DNA of 64,000 bases, from contig CM075996.1 in the NCBI GenBank assembly GCA_038087875.1, positions 8,620,001-8,684,000 on the forward strand, read 5' to 3'. Shown in pieces: positions 21,157 through 32,778 of this stretch. Origin of the DNA: Malacoraja senta (lineage: Eukaryota). The position numbers and the translations under genes were made by a program. Within the stretch, counting starts at the first letter, position 1; each line of letters begins with the position of its first letter. Below the pieces are notes generated by a model. That model had not been told where the DNA came from. It searched no databases and worked only from the letters and a program-made list of their open reading frames with translations.

Positions 21157-22337
21157 AGGGTTATGGGGAGAAGGCAGGAGAATGGGGTTAGGAGGGAGAG
21201 ATAAATCAGTCATGATTGAATAGCGGAGTAGACTTGATGGGCCGAATGGGCTAATTCTGCTCCTATCGCTTATGACCTTATGGCACGGACTTTGATGCAA
21301 ACTTTTGGGAAAGGATGAAGGGAGGTTGGGTTTGAGGATGCTGAAATCCTCCGAGGTGCTGGTTGAGGAAGCAGCTCGACACTGCTGAGTGTGGAGGCTC
21401 TCCTTCCATTCCTGCAGCAGAACTCTGGTTGTTCACTCGTGCATGTCCTTGATGTCCTCAGACGGTACGCTGAAGGGACAGAAAGCATGGACATCTGTAC
21501 GTGTGGCAGCGATCTCCCAAGACCGTTCCCACACCTCAGCTACACCTCAAAGCTGCAGGGTGTTATACACAAACTGCCAGAAAAGAGGTAAATGTTTCCT
21601 TCAAGGCCCTCATTATGTTGACTGTGGCATTGACCCTGGGTGTGCGAATACCGAGTGCTGAGGTTCTGTTTGACATCAGACACGGTGGTGCAGCGGTAGA
21701 GTTGCTGCCTTACAGCACTAGAGACTCGGGTTCGATCCTGACTACAGTTGTTTGTCTGGACAGAGTTTGTACGTTCTCCCCGTGACCAGACCCACATGAT
21801 TTGAGAAGGAGCAGCGTTGCACTGAGCAAGCAGCTGATACTGCCATCACCAGCACCATCACCTCTGTTGAATGGTTTCAGTTGATTGAGCAAAAGCATCA
21901 AGTCACTGGGGAAAGGATTCTAGTGGCCATCTGACAGAGAAAGTTACAGAGCATCACATGTGGAACATCACCTTATCTGATGACCGGATCCCAATGATAA
22001 ACAAGAAACAAGAATCATTGCCAAATGCTCCAGATATAAACTGGATCAATGAGTTTCTTAAATAAACACAAAATGCTGGTGTAACTCAGCAGGTCAGGCA
22101 GCATCTCTGGAGGAAAAGGACAGGTGACGCTTCGAGTCGGAACCCTTCTGCTAAGGTAAGTTAGCTGAGCCCTGCTAAGTTACTCCAGCACTTTGTGTCT
22201 ATCTTCAGTACAAACCAGCATTTGCAGTTCTACACAATGAATTGCTTACTTCTGCAAGAAATAATGATTGCGGACACTGCTAATGAGCCTCACAGGCACA
22301 TTGGATGCAACAATAATTAATATACAATAAATGATCA

Positions 22338-22627
22338 ACGGTAGAGCTACTGCCTCACAGCGCCAGAGACCCGGGTTCGATCCTGACTACGGGTGCTTGT
22401 CTGTACGGAGTTTGTACCTTCTCCCCGTAACCTGCGTGGGTTTCCTCCAAGATCTTCCGTTTTCTCCCACACTCCAAAGACGTACAAGTTTGTAGGTTAA
22501 TTGGCTTGGCATAAATGTAAAATTGCCTCTAGTGTGTGTGGGATAGTGTTAGTGTGCGGGGATCGCTGGTCTTGGACTGTGGACTCGGTGGGCTGAAGGG
22601 CCTGTTTCCGCACTGTATCACTAAACT
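22338..22627 (+). mobile_element. V-domain tRNA SINE
   Basis: Same family as the 6529 and 17744 copies. Confidence 0.82.
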
Positions 22628-22706
22628 GGATTATGATAGTGCAAAGACCAAAGTATGCAGAGTGACCATAGTGCAGCAAAGTCCATAGTGTTTGGTGTTG
22701 TGGTTA

Positions 22707-23088
22707 AGGGCCTGTCCCACTTTCCCGAGTTATTCACGAATTCTCCTGAGTTATTCACAAATTCTCCCAAGTTTTCAAACTCGTAGAATGTTCGTAACAA
22801 GTCCGTAGGAGTCCGTGGATATATCGTAGCGGCTCGTTATGCCAGCCGTAGGTACTCGGGGCTATTTTTTTATTCGTGGACATTTTTCACCAGGCTGGAA
22901 AAAACGTCCCGACTTACCTGATGCCCCGAGTACCTACGGCTGGCATAACGAGCCGCTACGATATATCCACGGACTCCTACGGCCTCCGACGGACTCGTTA
23001 CGAACATTCTGCGAGTTTGAAAACTCGGGAGAATTTGTGAATAACTCAGGAGAATTCGTGAATAACTCGGGAAAGTGGGACAAGCCCT
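22707..23088. mobile_element. PIF/Harbinger-like foldback MITE
   Basis: Same TIR, TSD TTA, long sub-terminal inverted repeats. Confidence 0.8.
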
Positions 23089-23099
23089 TTAGGGATGTG

Positions 23100-23650
23100 C
23101 AGGATGGTCCACAACCCTGAGAGTTAATGAGAAGCAGCTATTTTTGAACGTGGAGGTAATGGTCCTCAGGCTCATGGACCTTCCTCCCGATGCTCCAGTG
23201 AGAAGTGAGTGTGGGGCAGGTCTTTGCTGATATTGGTTCCCTTCAAGGCTGTGCTTCCTGTCGCTCCCTTTGATGGTGGGGAGACCAGTACCCGCGGTGG
23301 TCTGGACAATATCAGTCATTTCTGCAGCCTCATCCATTCCTGAGTATTGAGGATTTTCAGAACCAGGCTGTGATGCAACCACTCAGTAAGCGGTCCACTG
23401 TGTACATGTGGAAGTTTGATCGAGTATTTGGTGACATGCCAGATCTCCGCAAACTTCTGAGAAAGGAGAGATATTGGTGAGCTTTCTTTGTAATGATATC
23501 GAAGTGCTGGGCCCAGGAGGGATCATCAGAGACGTCTACACCAGGAACTTGAAGCTGTAGAGTCTTTCCTCAACACCAATGAATACACGTGTATGGTCCC
23601 TCAGCATGCCTTCCCTGAAATCAACAATCAGCTCCTTGGTTTTGCTAATG
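23100..23650 (-). mobile_element. Degenerate Rex-Babar-like LINE fragment
   Basis: NISKTKELIVDFR motif and degenerate C-terminal RT sequence. Confidence 0.6.
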
Positions 23651-23659
23651 TTCATACGT

Positions 23660-24312
23660 TCTAGGAGCAGAATTAGGCCATTCGGCCCATCAAGTCCACT
23701 CTGCCATTCAGTTACTGTTGATCCATCTTTCCCTCTTAACCCCATTCTCCTGCCTTCTCCCCATTACTCCTGTTATCAAGAATACATACTTCTCCCCATA
23801 CTAATCAAGAATCCGCCAATCCCCTTAAAAATATCCATTGACGGCCTCCACAGCCATCTGTGGCAATGAATTGCTCAGATTCACCACCTCTGACAAACTA
23901 AATTCCTCCTCATCACCTTTCCAAAGGTATGTCCTTTTATTCTGAGGCTATGACCTCTGGTCCTAGACTCTCCCACTGGTGGAAATATCCTCTCCACATT
24001 CACTCTATCCAGGCCTTTCACTATTCGGTAAGTTTCAATGAGGTCCCCCCCTTCAACCTTCTAAAGTCTAGTGAGTACAGGCTCAGTGCCATCAATCGCT
24101 CATCATATGTTAACCTACTCATTCCTGGGATCATTCTCGTAAATCTCCTCTGGACCCTCTCCAACACCAGCACATCCTTCCTCAGATATGGTGCTCAAAA
24201 TGGCTCACAGTACTCCAAATGCAGCCTGACCTGCTCCTTATGGAGCCTGAGCATTATATCCCTGTTTTTGAATTCTAGCCCCCTTGAAATCAATGCGAGC
24301 ATTGCGTTTGCC
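23660..24312 (-). mobile_element. Older CR1 LINE 3' fragment
   Basis: Reverse-complement CR1 ORF2 end and tail. Confidence 0.75.
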
Positions 24313-24383
24313 AGTTGAGTTGACTTCAACAATTCTGCTGCTTTCTCATACAGGTGTGAAGTTGAAGGGGCCGATTAACGTAC

Positions 24384-24468
24384 CTGGACTCGGGCGTGCT
24401 GCGTTCTGTCGGGGCTTGCGGCCGATCCCGGGGTTTCGGCACTGGTGTAGTTTGCTCAGTCACGCCTC
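24384..24468 (-). CDS. MICALL1: MICALL1 exon (~7)
   Basis: tgtttgtttag|GA GGC...; GGVTEQTTPVPKPRDRPQAPTERSTPES AG|gtacgt; 85 nt. Phase 1-2 exactly bridges the flanking exons; contains PVPKPR. Confidence 0.88.
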
Positions 24469-25684
24469 CTAAACAAACAGCAAAGATAATGGCTGAAGCT
24501 TCCACTGGAGAGTCAGTGAACAATGACAGGCGTTTCGTTTAGTTTAGAGATACAATGCGGAAATAGGCCCTTTGGCCCACCGAGTCCACGCCGACCAACA
24601 ATCCCCGTACACGAGCACTAGGGACAATTTACTATCACTACAGAAGCCAATTAACCTACAAACCTGCACATCTTTGGAGTGTGGGAATTGATTGTATTCA
24701 TGTATTGTATATCTGCATGCAAAACAAAGCTTTTCCCTGTACCTAGGTACATGTGATTATCATTTACTTTAGAGATACAGCGCGGAAACAGGCTCTTTGG
24801 TCCAGTAAGTCCGCACTGACCAGCAATTAGCATCATCCTACAAAATGTTCAATTATTACAGAAGCCAATTAACCTACAAACCTGTTCGTCTTTAGAGTTT
24901 GGGAGGAAACCGGAGCACCCGGAGAAACCCATGCGGTCACAGGGAGAAGGTACTAACTCCGTACAGGTAGCACCTGTAGGCAGGATCGAACCTGGGACTT
25001 AGGTGCTGTAAGGCAGTAACTCTACTGCTGCGCCACTGTGCTGCCCCCAATAAAGTTCTCGTTAGGGGTAGTCACTAATGTAACAGATGAAATGTAACAG
25101 CCAACTTGTACACAACAAACTTCCACAAGCGCCAGTATAATAATTTTGCTGATTTAAAAATAGAGACAGTGATTGATGTTGCCAGGATACGTGCGGCACC
25201 TCTGTTCTTCTGTGCAAGAGCATTAAAGGATCTTTTACATTTACCTTAAGAGCATAGGCAAACCTTAAATTAATGTTTCATCCTGAATTTAGCACGTTTG
25301 GTGATGAATGGGTTTAATCTCACAGACGTTTGCCAGACACGGGCAGGTTTGAACTGGGCCAGTGGCACGAGGAATGGCATAATAAATTACAGGTCGTTCT
25401 GCTAATAACGCAGGAGCTGTGTTCCTTCAGAAGCTTGTGTTATATTATAAAGACAAATGTGTTCATGGAGGGGGGGGGGGGGGGGAGAGTGCTTAGGGAT
25501 TAGAGCATTTCACTTGCAATAAATTCTTTTTCCATCAAAAAAAAGGTCTTATCAACAGCAATAAGTTTATCTTTGTTACAACATTACAAGCTAAACATAC
25601 TAAAGGCTGTATGTTACATTGTTTAATAGAGCATTATTGCACAACTGTCAACGGGAACAAAGATGGCAATTCTGGCAACTCTGG

Positions 25685-26205
25685 TAATGGAGGCAGCCCA
25701 GGACAGAAAGTGCATTATGAGAATGGGAAGGGGAGTTAATATAGTTAGCAACCGGAAGATCCAGTAGATCTTGGTGGACCAAGCGCAAGTGTTCCACGAA
25801 ATGGTCGCCGAGTATACACCTTGTCTTGCCGATGCACAGGAGCCCACATCGGAGACACCGAATGCAGTAGAAGAGGTGAGAGGAGGTGCATGTGAACCTT
25901 CTGTTTCACCTGGAAGTACCGTTGGGGTCCCTGGATGGAGTTGAGGGAGGAGGTATCTGGGCAGGCGTTGCATCTCCTGCGATTGCAGGGGGAAATACCC
26001 GGTTTGGGTGGGAAGGGATGAGTGAACCAAGGAGTTGCGGAGGGAGCGGTGTCTGCGGAAGGCGGAAAGGGATAAAAATGGGAAGATGTGAATAGTGGTG
26101 CAAAATGTTGGAGGATGATGTGTTGGATGCAGAGGCTGGTGGGGTGAAAGGTAGGGACCAGGGGAACTCGGTCCTTGTTGCATCTGGGGGGAGTGGGAGT
26201 GAGAG
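25685..26205 (-). mobile_element. Degenerate Penelope ORF fragment
   Basis: SAFRRHRSLRNSLVHSSLPT; homologous to the 31900 and 58895 fragments. Confidence 0.8.
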
Positions 26206-29200
26206 CAAAGTATAAACCTTGTCAATTTTAAATGGCTTCTGTGGTTAAAGTAGCAGCCGTGTCTGATTATTGTGAGGAGGATTATTGTGTAGAGTGTTTT
26301 TTTCACTTCATACTCTATAAATCCAAGCAGGTTTTTTTTCGGCTTGTCAATTTCCAAAGCAACTTAGAAGTTGTTGTGTAAAATAGAGACAGAGTGCTGG
26401 AATAACTCAGCGGGTGAGGCAGCATCTATGGAGAAAAGGCGTAGGCGACGTTTCGGGTCGTGACCCTTCTTCAGACAGCTCAGCAGGTCAGGCGGTATCT
26501 CTAGAGAACATGGATAGGCGACATTTCAGTTTGCCACCTTTCTTCAGACTGATTGATTGCGGTGGGGACAAGTAGTGGCTGTCTAATTCCTGATCAAAAT
26601 TGTGTTACAACTAATTTGGCCCACATAATGCAATCCTTAATTCATCACTTGTGTTACATCCAATATCATTAGGTCAATAGACAAAAGACAATAGGTGCAG
26701 GAGTAGGCCATTCGGCCCTTCGAGCCAACACTGCCATTCAATGTGATCATGGCTGATCATCCCCAATCAGTGCCCCGTTCCTGCCTTCTCCCCATATCCC
26801 CAGACTCCGCTATTTTTAAGAGCCTTATCTAGCTCTCTCCCACAGGTCATAAGTGATAGGAGCAGAAGTAGGCCGTTCGGCCCATCAAGTCTACTCCGCC
26901 GTTCAACCATGGCTGATCTATCTCTCCCTCCCAACCCGAATATGTGTTGAAGAAGCACGTGTTATGCTACAACCTGAGGAGTGGCCTTGCATTAAAGGAC
27001 AGGACACTGTTGAAGGTGAGGGAATCAGAAAACATAGGTGAAAGTGGCTTGCGGGTCCCCAACAGTAGCAACAGGTTATTGAACGCTAACTAGGATATGA
27101 GAATAATGTGTAATAAAGGCAATAATGATCATGGCAGACATTAATCTTCATTGAGATAGGTCATACCAAAGTTCCATAAGTAGTTTAGAGAATGAATTCA
27201 CAATGTTTATTCTGGACAATATAAACTGGAACCAAATAGGCAGAAATGTAATAATGGGACAGTTAGAATGAACTAATTGTAATAAAATCCAGCAACACAG
27301 TGATGTTCCACTGGACGACCCAAGCCTCAAGAAGCACCTTGTTTGAGTGGTTCCCACACGAGCTCGCATTGGTGGAAACAGAGTCATGGCGACGAGATGG
27401 CAGATGAATGTCTCCGAGATGTGGAACAAGTCCAAGAGGCAGCCGGGATGAGAATGGGGCCTCCACGGACGGTGAGAATGCGAGCCAGGGCCCCACTGAT
27501 GGTGGGAATTTCTTTAGTCAGAGTGTGGTGAATCTGCGGAGTTCATGGTCACAGACGGCAGTGGAGGCCAAGTCAGTGTATATTTTTAAGGTGGAGATTA
27601 ATAGATTCTTGATTAGTACGGGTGTTAGGGGTTATGGGGAGAAGGCAGGAGAATGGGGTTGAGAGGGAAGGATAGATCAGCCATGATTGAACGGTGGAGT
27701 AGACTTGATGGGCTGAATGGCCTAATTCTGCTCCTATAACTTATGGAATGAGAGCAGGCCCTCCACGGATGGTGGGAATGAGAGCAAGGGACCCAGATAG
27801 ACAATAGACAATAGGTGCAGGAGTAGGCCATTCAGCCCTTGGAGCCAGCACCGCCATTCAATGTGATCATGGCTGATCATCCCCAATCAGTACCCTGTTC
27901 CTGCCTTCTCCCCATATCCCCCGACTCCGCTATCTTTAAGAGCCCTATCTAGCTCTCTTGAAAGTATCCAGTGAACTGGCCTCCACCGCCCTCTGAGGCA
28001 GAGAATTCCACTGGGATAAAGGGAATGAGAACAGGTCCTGGAGATGGTTGGAACAGGGATGGATCCCAGATATTATTCAGGAGGGATCAGATCTCAGGGA
28101 CACTGGAAATAAGAAAATGCGGGCTCTGAACGTTGAAATGTATGTCTGTGGCAAAGTACGGTCTTCATTTTTCATTCTGAAACTGATGGCCACGACTGGG
28201 TCCATTAATTCTACCTGGTCCATTGAGCAAGTCCATTAATCCCACCGCCACTTATTCCCCGATAACTATTCTTTCACTCACGCCCGTTAACACATCGCTG
28301 ATTCTATGATGCGATATATAAAGTAGCCAATTAACCAAACAATCAGCATCATTCTGGGTGGTGGGAAGAAACCAGAGTTAGAAACATGGAAAAATAGGTG
28401 CTGGAGTAGGCCACGCGGCCCTTCGAGCCAGCACCGCCATTCAATATGATCATGGCTGATCATCTAAAATCCGTACCCCGCTCCTGCTTTCCCCCCCATA
28501 TCCCTTGATTCCGTTAGCCCTAAGAGGTAAATCGAACTCTCTCTTGAAAACATCCAGTGAATTGGCCTCCAGTGCCTTCTGTGGCAGAGAATTCCACAGA
28601 TTCACAACTCTCTGGGTGAAAACGTTTTTCCTCATCTCAGTCCTAAATGTAAGGTGCTGCCTTACAGCGCCAGAGACCTTGTTCGATCCTGACTATGGGT
28701 GTTGTCTTTATGAAGTTTGTACATTCTCCCTGTGACCTTGTGGGTTTTCATCCAAGATCTTCCGTTTCCTCCCACACTCCAAAGACGTACAAGTTTGTAA
28801 ATTAATTGGCTTGGCATAAATGTAAATGGTCCCCAGTGAGTGTAGGATAGTGTTAATGTGCGGGGATCGCCGGTCTTGGTTCGGTGGCCCGACAGGCTTG
28901 ATTCGCGCAGTATCTCTAGACCAAACGAAACTAGGGGAAACCCGAGAGATTACAGAGGCACAACGACTCAGGTTTCCGGAGCTGTGAGATAGTTGCAATA
29001 CCTGCAGTGACGCTGTGCCACCCGTGATAACGTTAGGCTTTAACAAGCTAATCTGCGATAATGTCTGCCAGCCATTGGAAGGGGGAGTCGAGTTCAGTAC
29101 TCTATTTCGATTGTATATTATTTCATATGTCAGCACCAGTAATCTGGAATGCTCAAGGCATTGTGGAATAATAACTAAAAACAGATGTTTTATTGAAAGC

Positions 29201-30651
29201 ACAGATTTTGAGGTTGTGTTCTATTTAAAAGCGAGTTTTTCCAAATGCTGGCACGACTTCGAAATACAACAGTTATTTGAATGCAACTCAGCAGAAATGC
29301 TTTTAATAACTTTTACAACAACGGAGAAGTGGAAAGATTATTTTTTTAAATATGGAGCCCCTGGAGATAATAAAAGAAATTCTTGGCGCCCAATGACACA
29401 GAACAGAGCCAGCAATAGACTCAGACCACAACGTGTGCAATGAAACACGGTCAGTAGTGATCTAACTGTGTAAAATAAAGTAGGATAGACACTAAATGCT
29501 GGAGTAACTCACCAGGACAGGACTAGGCCCTTCAGCCTATTTTTACACTAATCTAACCCTAATTATATTCTATCCATAATCCCATCAACTCCTTCTCCAC
29601 CCGTAGAATCTCCCTTCCACCTACACACTAGGGGCAATTTAGAGAACCCAAATAACCTGTGTGAGGGAACTGGATCCACAGGGAGAACTGTGATCATAGG
29701 AAGAACACTACAACTGTGGCCATAGGGAGAACATGCATTCTTCACATCACTGGCGGTCAGGACTGAACTTGGATCTTTAGTCCGAGGGTGGTGAATCTGT
29801 GGAATTTGTTGCCACAGAAGGCTGTGGATATTTGTAAGGCAATTGATAGATTCTTGATTAGTACGGGTGTCAGGGGTAATGGGGAGAAGGCAGGAGAATG
29901 GGGTTAGGAGAGATAGATCAGCCATGATTGAATGGCAGACTCGATGGGCCGAATGGCCTAATTCTGCTCATATCAAATATGAACTTATCATTGGAGCTGT
30001 GAGGCAGAGGCCCTGCTAGCTGGATCACTCTGCTTCACCGGGAATGTCCGAATCCATGGATGGTGGGAAGCGAAGAGGTAAAAGGATGAATGTTGCAATT
30101 CCTCTTGAATGTTTGTGTGAGCTCTTTTGAACATGAAACTAATTTAGCATAGAATAAAGAAAGTAACTTTGCAGCTAAAAAACGTGACTCCATGGCGTCA
30201 ACAGAGAAACTACAATGGGCAAGTTAGGTGGAAGTTTCTGTGCAGATATACCCAGAGATAGAGGGAGACCAAGTAGCCAGTGAAAGGTGAAGAAAGTAAA
30301 TCAATATCGCCAAATGCCTCACACTGGGGAAATTAAGGAAACTAAAACTTGACAAATCCATTGAGTTGAGTAGCCTGCATCAAACGTTTCTACAAGAGAC
30401 TGATATAAAGATCTTAATCATATGATGTCCTTGCAAAATCCCCAAATTTCTGAAAAAGTTCAGAAGCTTGGACGGTGACAAATCGAATATCGCTATTTAA
30501 GGAGGGAAGGGAATAGAGAGAATTATAGGCCGTTTATCTTGATAGTCGTTGTTGACACAGCAGAGAGTCACTATCAGCTGTTACCATTGTTTTATGGGGG
30601 AGATAATTGTGTTTGACAGATACAATATCATTTTCAATGAGGGTGTGATAA

Positions 30652-30938
30652 AGGGCCTGTCCCATTTACGAGATTTTTTCGGCGACGGCCGGTAACCGTC
30701 ATAGACGCAGCGGGTGGCCGAAAATTTTCAACGTTGAAAATCCAGCGGCGACCAGGAAAAGGTACGACTCTTTGGGCAACTGCTCACGACCATAGAGGCG
30801 TCACGTGAGTAGTCGCACAAAGAGTCGTACCTTTTTCTGGTCGCCGCTGGATTTTCAACATGTTGAACATTTTCGGCCACCAACTACCACAGGTGCCAGC
30901 AAGTTGCCGAAAAAGATCACGTAAGTGGGACAGGCCCT
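30652..30938. mobile_element. PIF/Harbinger-like MITE
   Basis: TIR agggcctgtccca; TSD TAA; internal palindrome. Confidence 0.8.
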
Positions 30939-31899
30939 TAAGAGGAAAAAAAAGAGGGGAGGTTAAATGGAGGCATACAAGATTGTGAGCGGGATTTACA
31001 GGGTAGAAGCCAAGAGTCATGTGGTTCAAGAATCTGGAACTAGAGGGCACAGTCTCACGATAAAGGATGCCATTTAAGATTGATGAAGGGAAACTGCTTT
31101 ATCTAGATTGTTGTAAATCTTTACAATGCTGCCGGTGGCTTGCGGATTCTTGATTATGTATAACATTTGAGATTAATAGATCGAGATTTTTTGGGCACCA
31201 AGAAAATCAAAAGATCTGATGAACAGATGGGAAAATGGACACCTTGTAGAATTATCCATGATGCTCTTGAGCAGTTGAGAGGTTCTCATAAACTCCCTCT
31301 GTTGCCATTTCTTACCTTTAACAGTGCAGGACTCCCCCAAAATACTGCACTGGCTTATTGAGAGCAAACATTGTGCTCAAGTCTCTACCCCAGGACCTAA
31401 ATCTCAAACATGGGAACATGGTTTCAAGATATGGGACAGGCCATTTAAAAGAGGCACAAATAAATGCCTTCTTGAAGAGATTAGTGAATCTCTGGAATTC
31501 ACTGCTTCACTGTGGAGACAAGTTCAGTAGGAGCATTTAAAGTGGTTGGTAGGCACATTATTTAAAGGTTGGAGAATTGATGGGGATTGGGCAGAGAGGA
31601 GTGCGGGCCTGGGACTGTGATCGTAATGAATGGTGGAGCGGGCTTGAGAAGCCACGGCCTATTTCTGATCTATCTTCTTGTATTAGACAATAGGTGCAGG
31701 AGTAGGCCATTCGGCCCTTCGAGTCAGCTATTCTTTCGGGAATCTGAACCCGAATCATGAAAAAGTGCTTTCAATCCAAGCCGCTGCCGACATGACACCA
31801 GTAGAGAGAAACGATATTTCATGTGAATGACCCTTCAGCAGAAATAACAAAATAATATCGTCCCAAAACATGACTCTGTTTCTTGACCAATATCTGACC

Positions 31900-32340
31900 A
31901 AACTACTACAAACCCACTGACTCCCATGGCTATCTGGACTACACTTCTTCCCACCCTGTTTCCTGTAAGGACTATCCCCGATTCCAATTCCTCAGTCTAC
32001 ACCGCATCTGCACCCAGGAAGAGGTGTTCCAAACCAGGGCATCGGAGATGTCCTCATTCTTTAGGGAACGGTGGTTCCCCTCTTCAACTATAGATGAGGC
32101 TCTCACCAGGGTCTCTTCTATATCCCGTAACTCTGCTCTCACTCCCCATCCCCCCACTTATAACAAGGGCAGAGTCCCCCTTGTCCTCACCTTGCACCCT
32201 ACCAGCTGTCACAAACAACAAATAATCCTCCGACATTTTCGCCACCTCCAACGGGATCCCACCACTGGCCACATCCTCCCATCTCCTCCCCTTTCAGCTT
32301 TCCGCAAAGACCACTCCCTCCGTAATTCCCTGGTCAATTT
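31900..32340 (+). mobile_element. Penelope RT C-terminal/linker fragment
   Basis: YYKPTDSHGYLDYTSSHP...SQFLSLHRIC...RVPLVLTLHP...SAFRKDHSLRNSLV. Confidence 0.82.
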
Positions 32341-32778
32341 GTCCCTTGAAGGGGAAAGATTCTGTAGGAACCCGAGGGGTAACTTTTTCCACACAAAGGG
32401 TGGCGGGCATATGGAACGAGCTGCCGAGAAGGTAGCTGAGGCATGGACTACCACAATGTTTAAGAAGCAATTAGACATGTACATAGATAGGGCAGGACTA
32501 GAGGGATATGGCCAAACGCAGGCAAGTGGGACCAGTGTAGTTGGGACATGTAGGTCGGTGTGGGCCAGTTGGGACAAAGGGACTTTTTCCAAGCACTCTA
32601 CGTCTCTCTAAGTACATTTTACAAATATTCCAATAAAACATTTTGGAACTCCTAAGGTTATGCAACAATGACCCAGAATTTTGGGTTACATCACAACTCT
32701 GCACAAGATGGCAAGAATTGATGTCATCTATACTTCATGATGCCTTGAGAAAACAGCCAACATAATCAAAGATCTTTC

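Larger units (their letters stand above)
20717..21280 (+). mobile_element. CR1 LINE 3' fragment, host of the 21020 element
   Basis: KGLDRVDVARMFPLVGQSRTRGHSLRI; CR1 sequence resumes at 21157. Confidence 0.85.

Noticed and set aside
27440..28050. Scattered ~28-bp repeats (tgggaatgagagcagg...gatgg)
   Set aside because: Best explained as a decayed tandem repeat split by CR1 tails; no sign of function.
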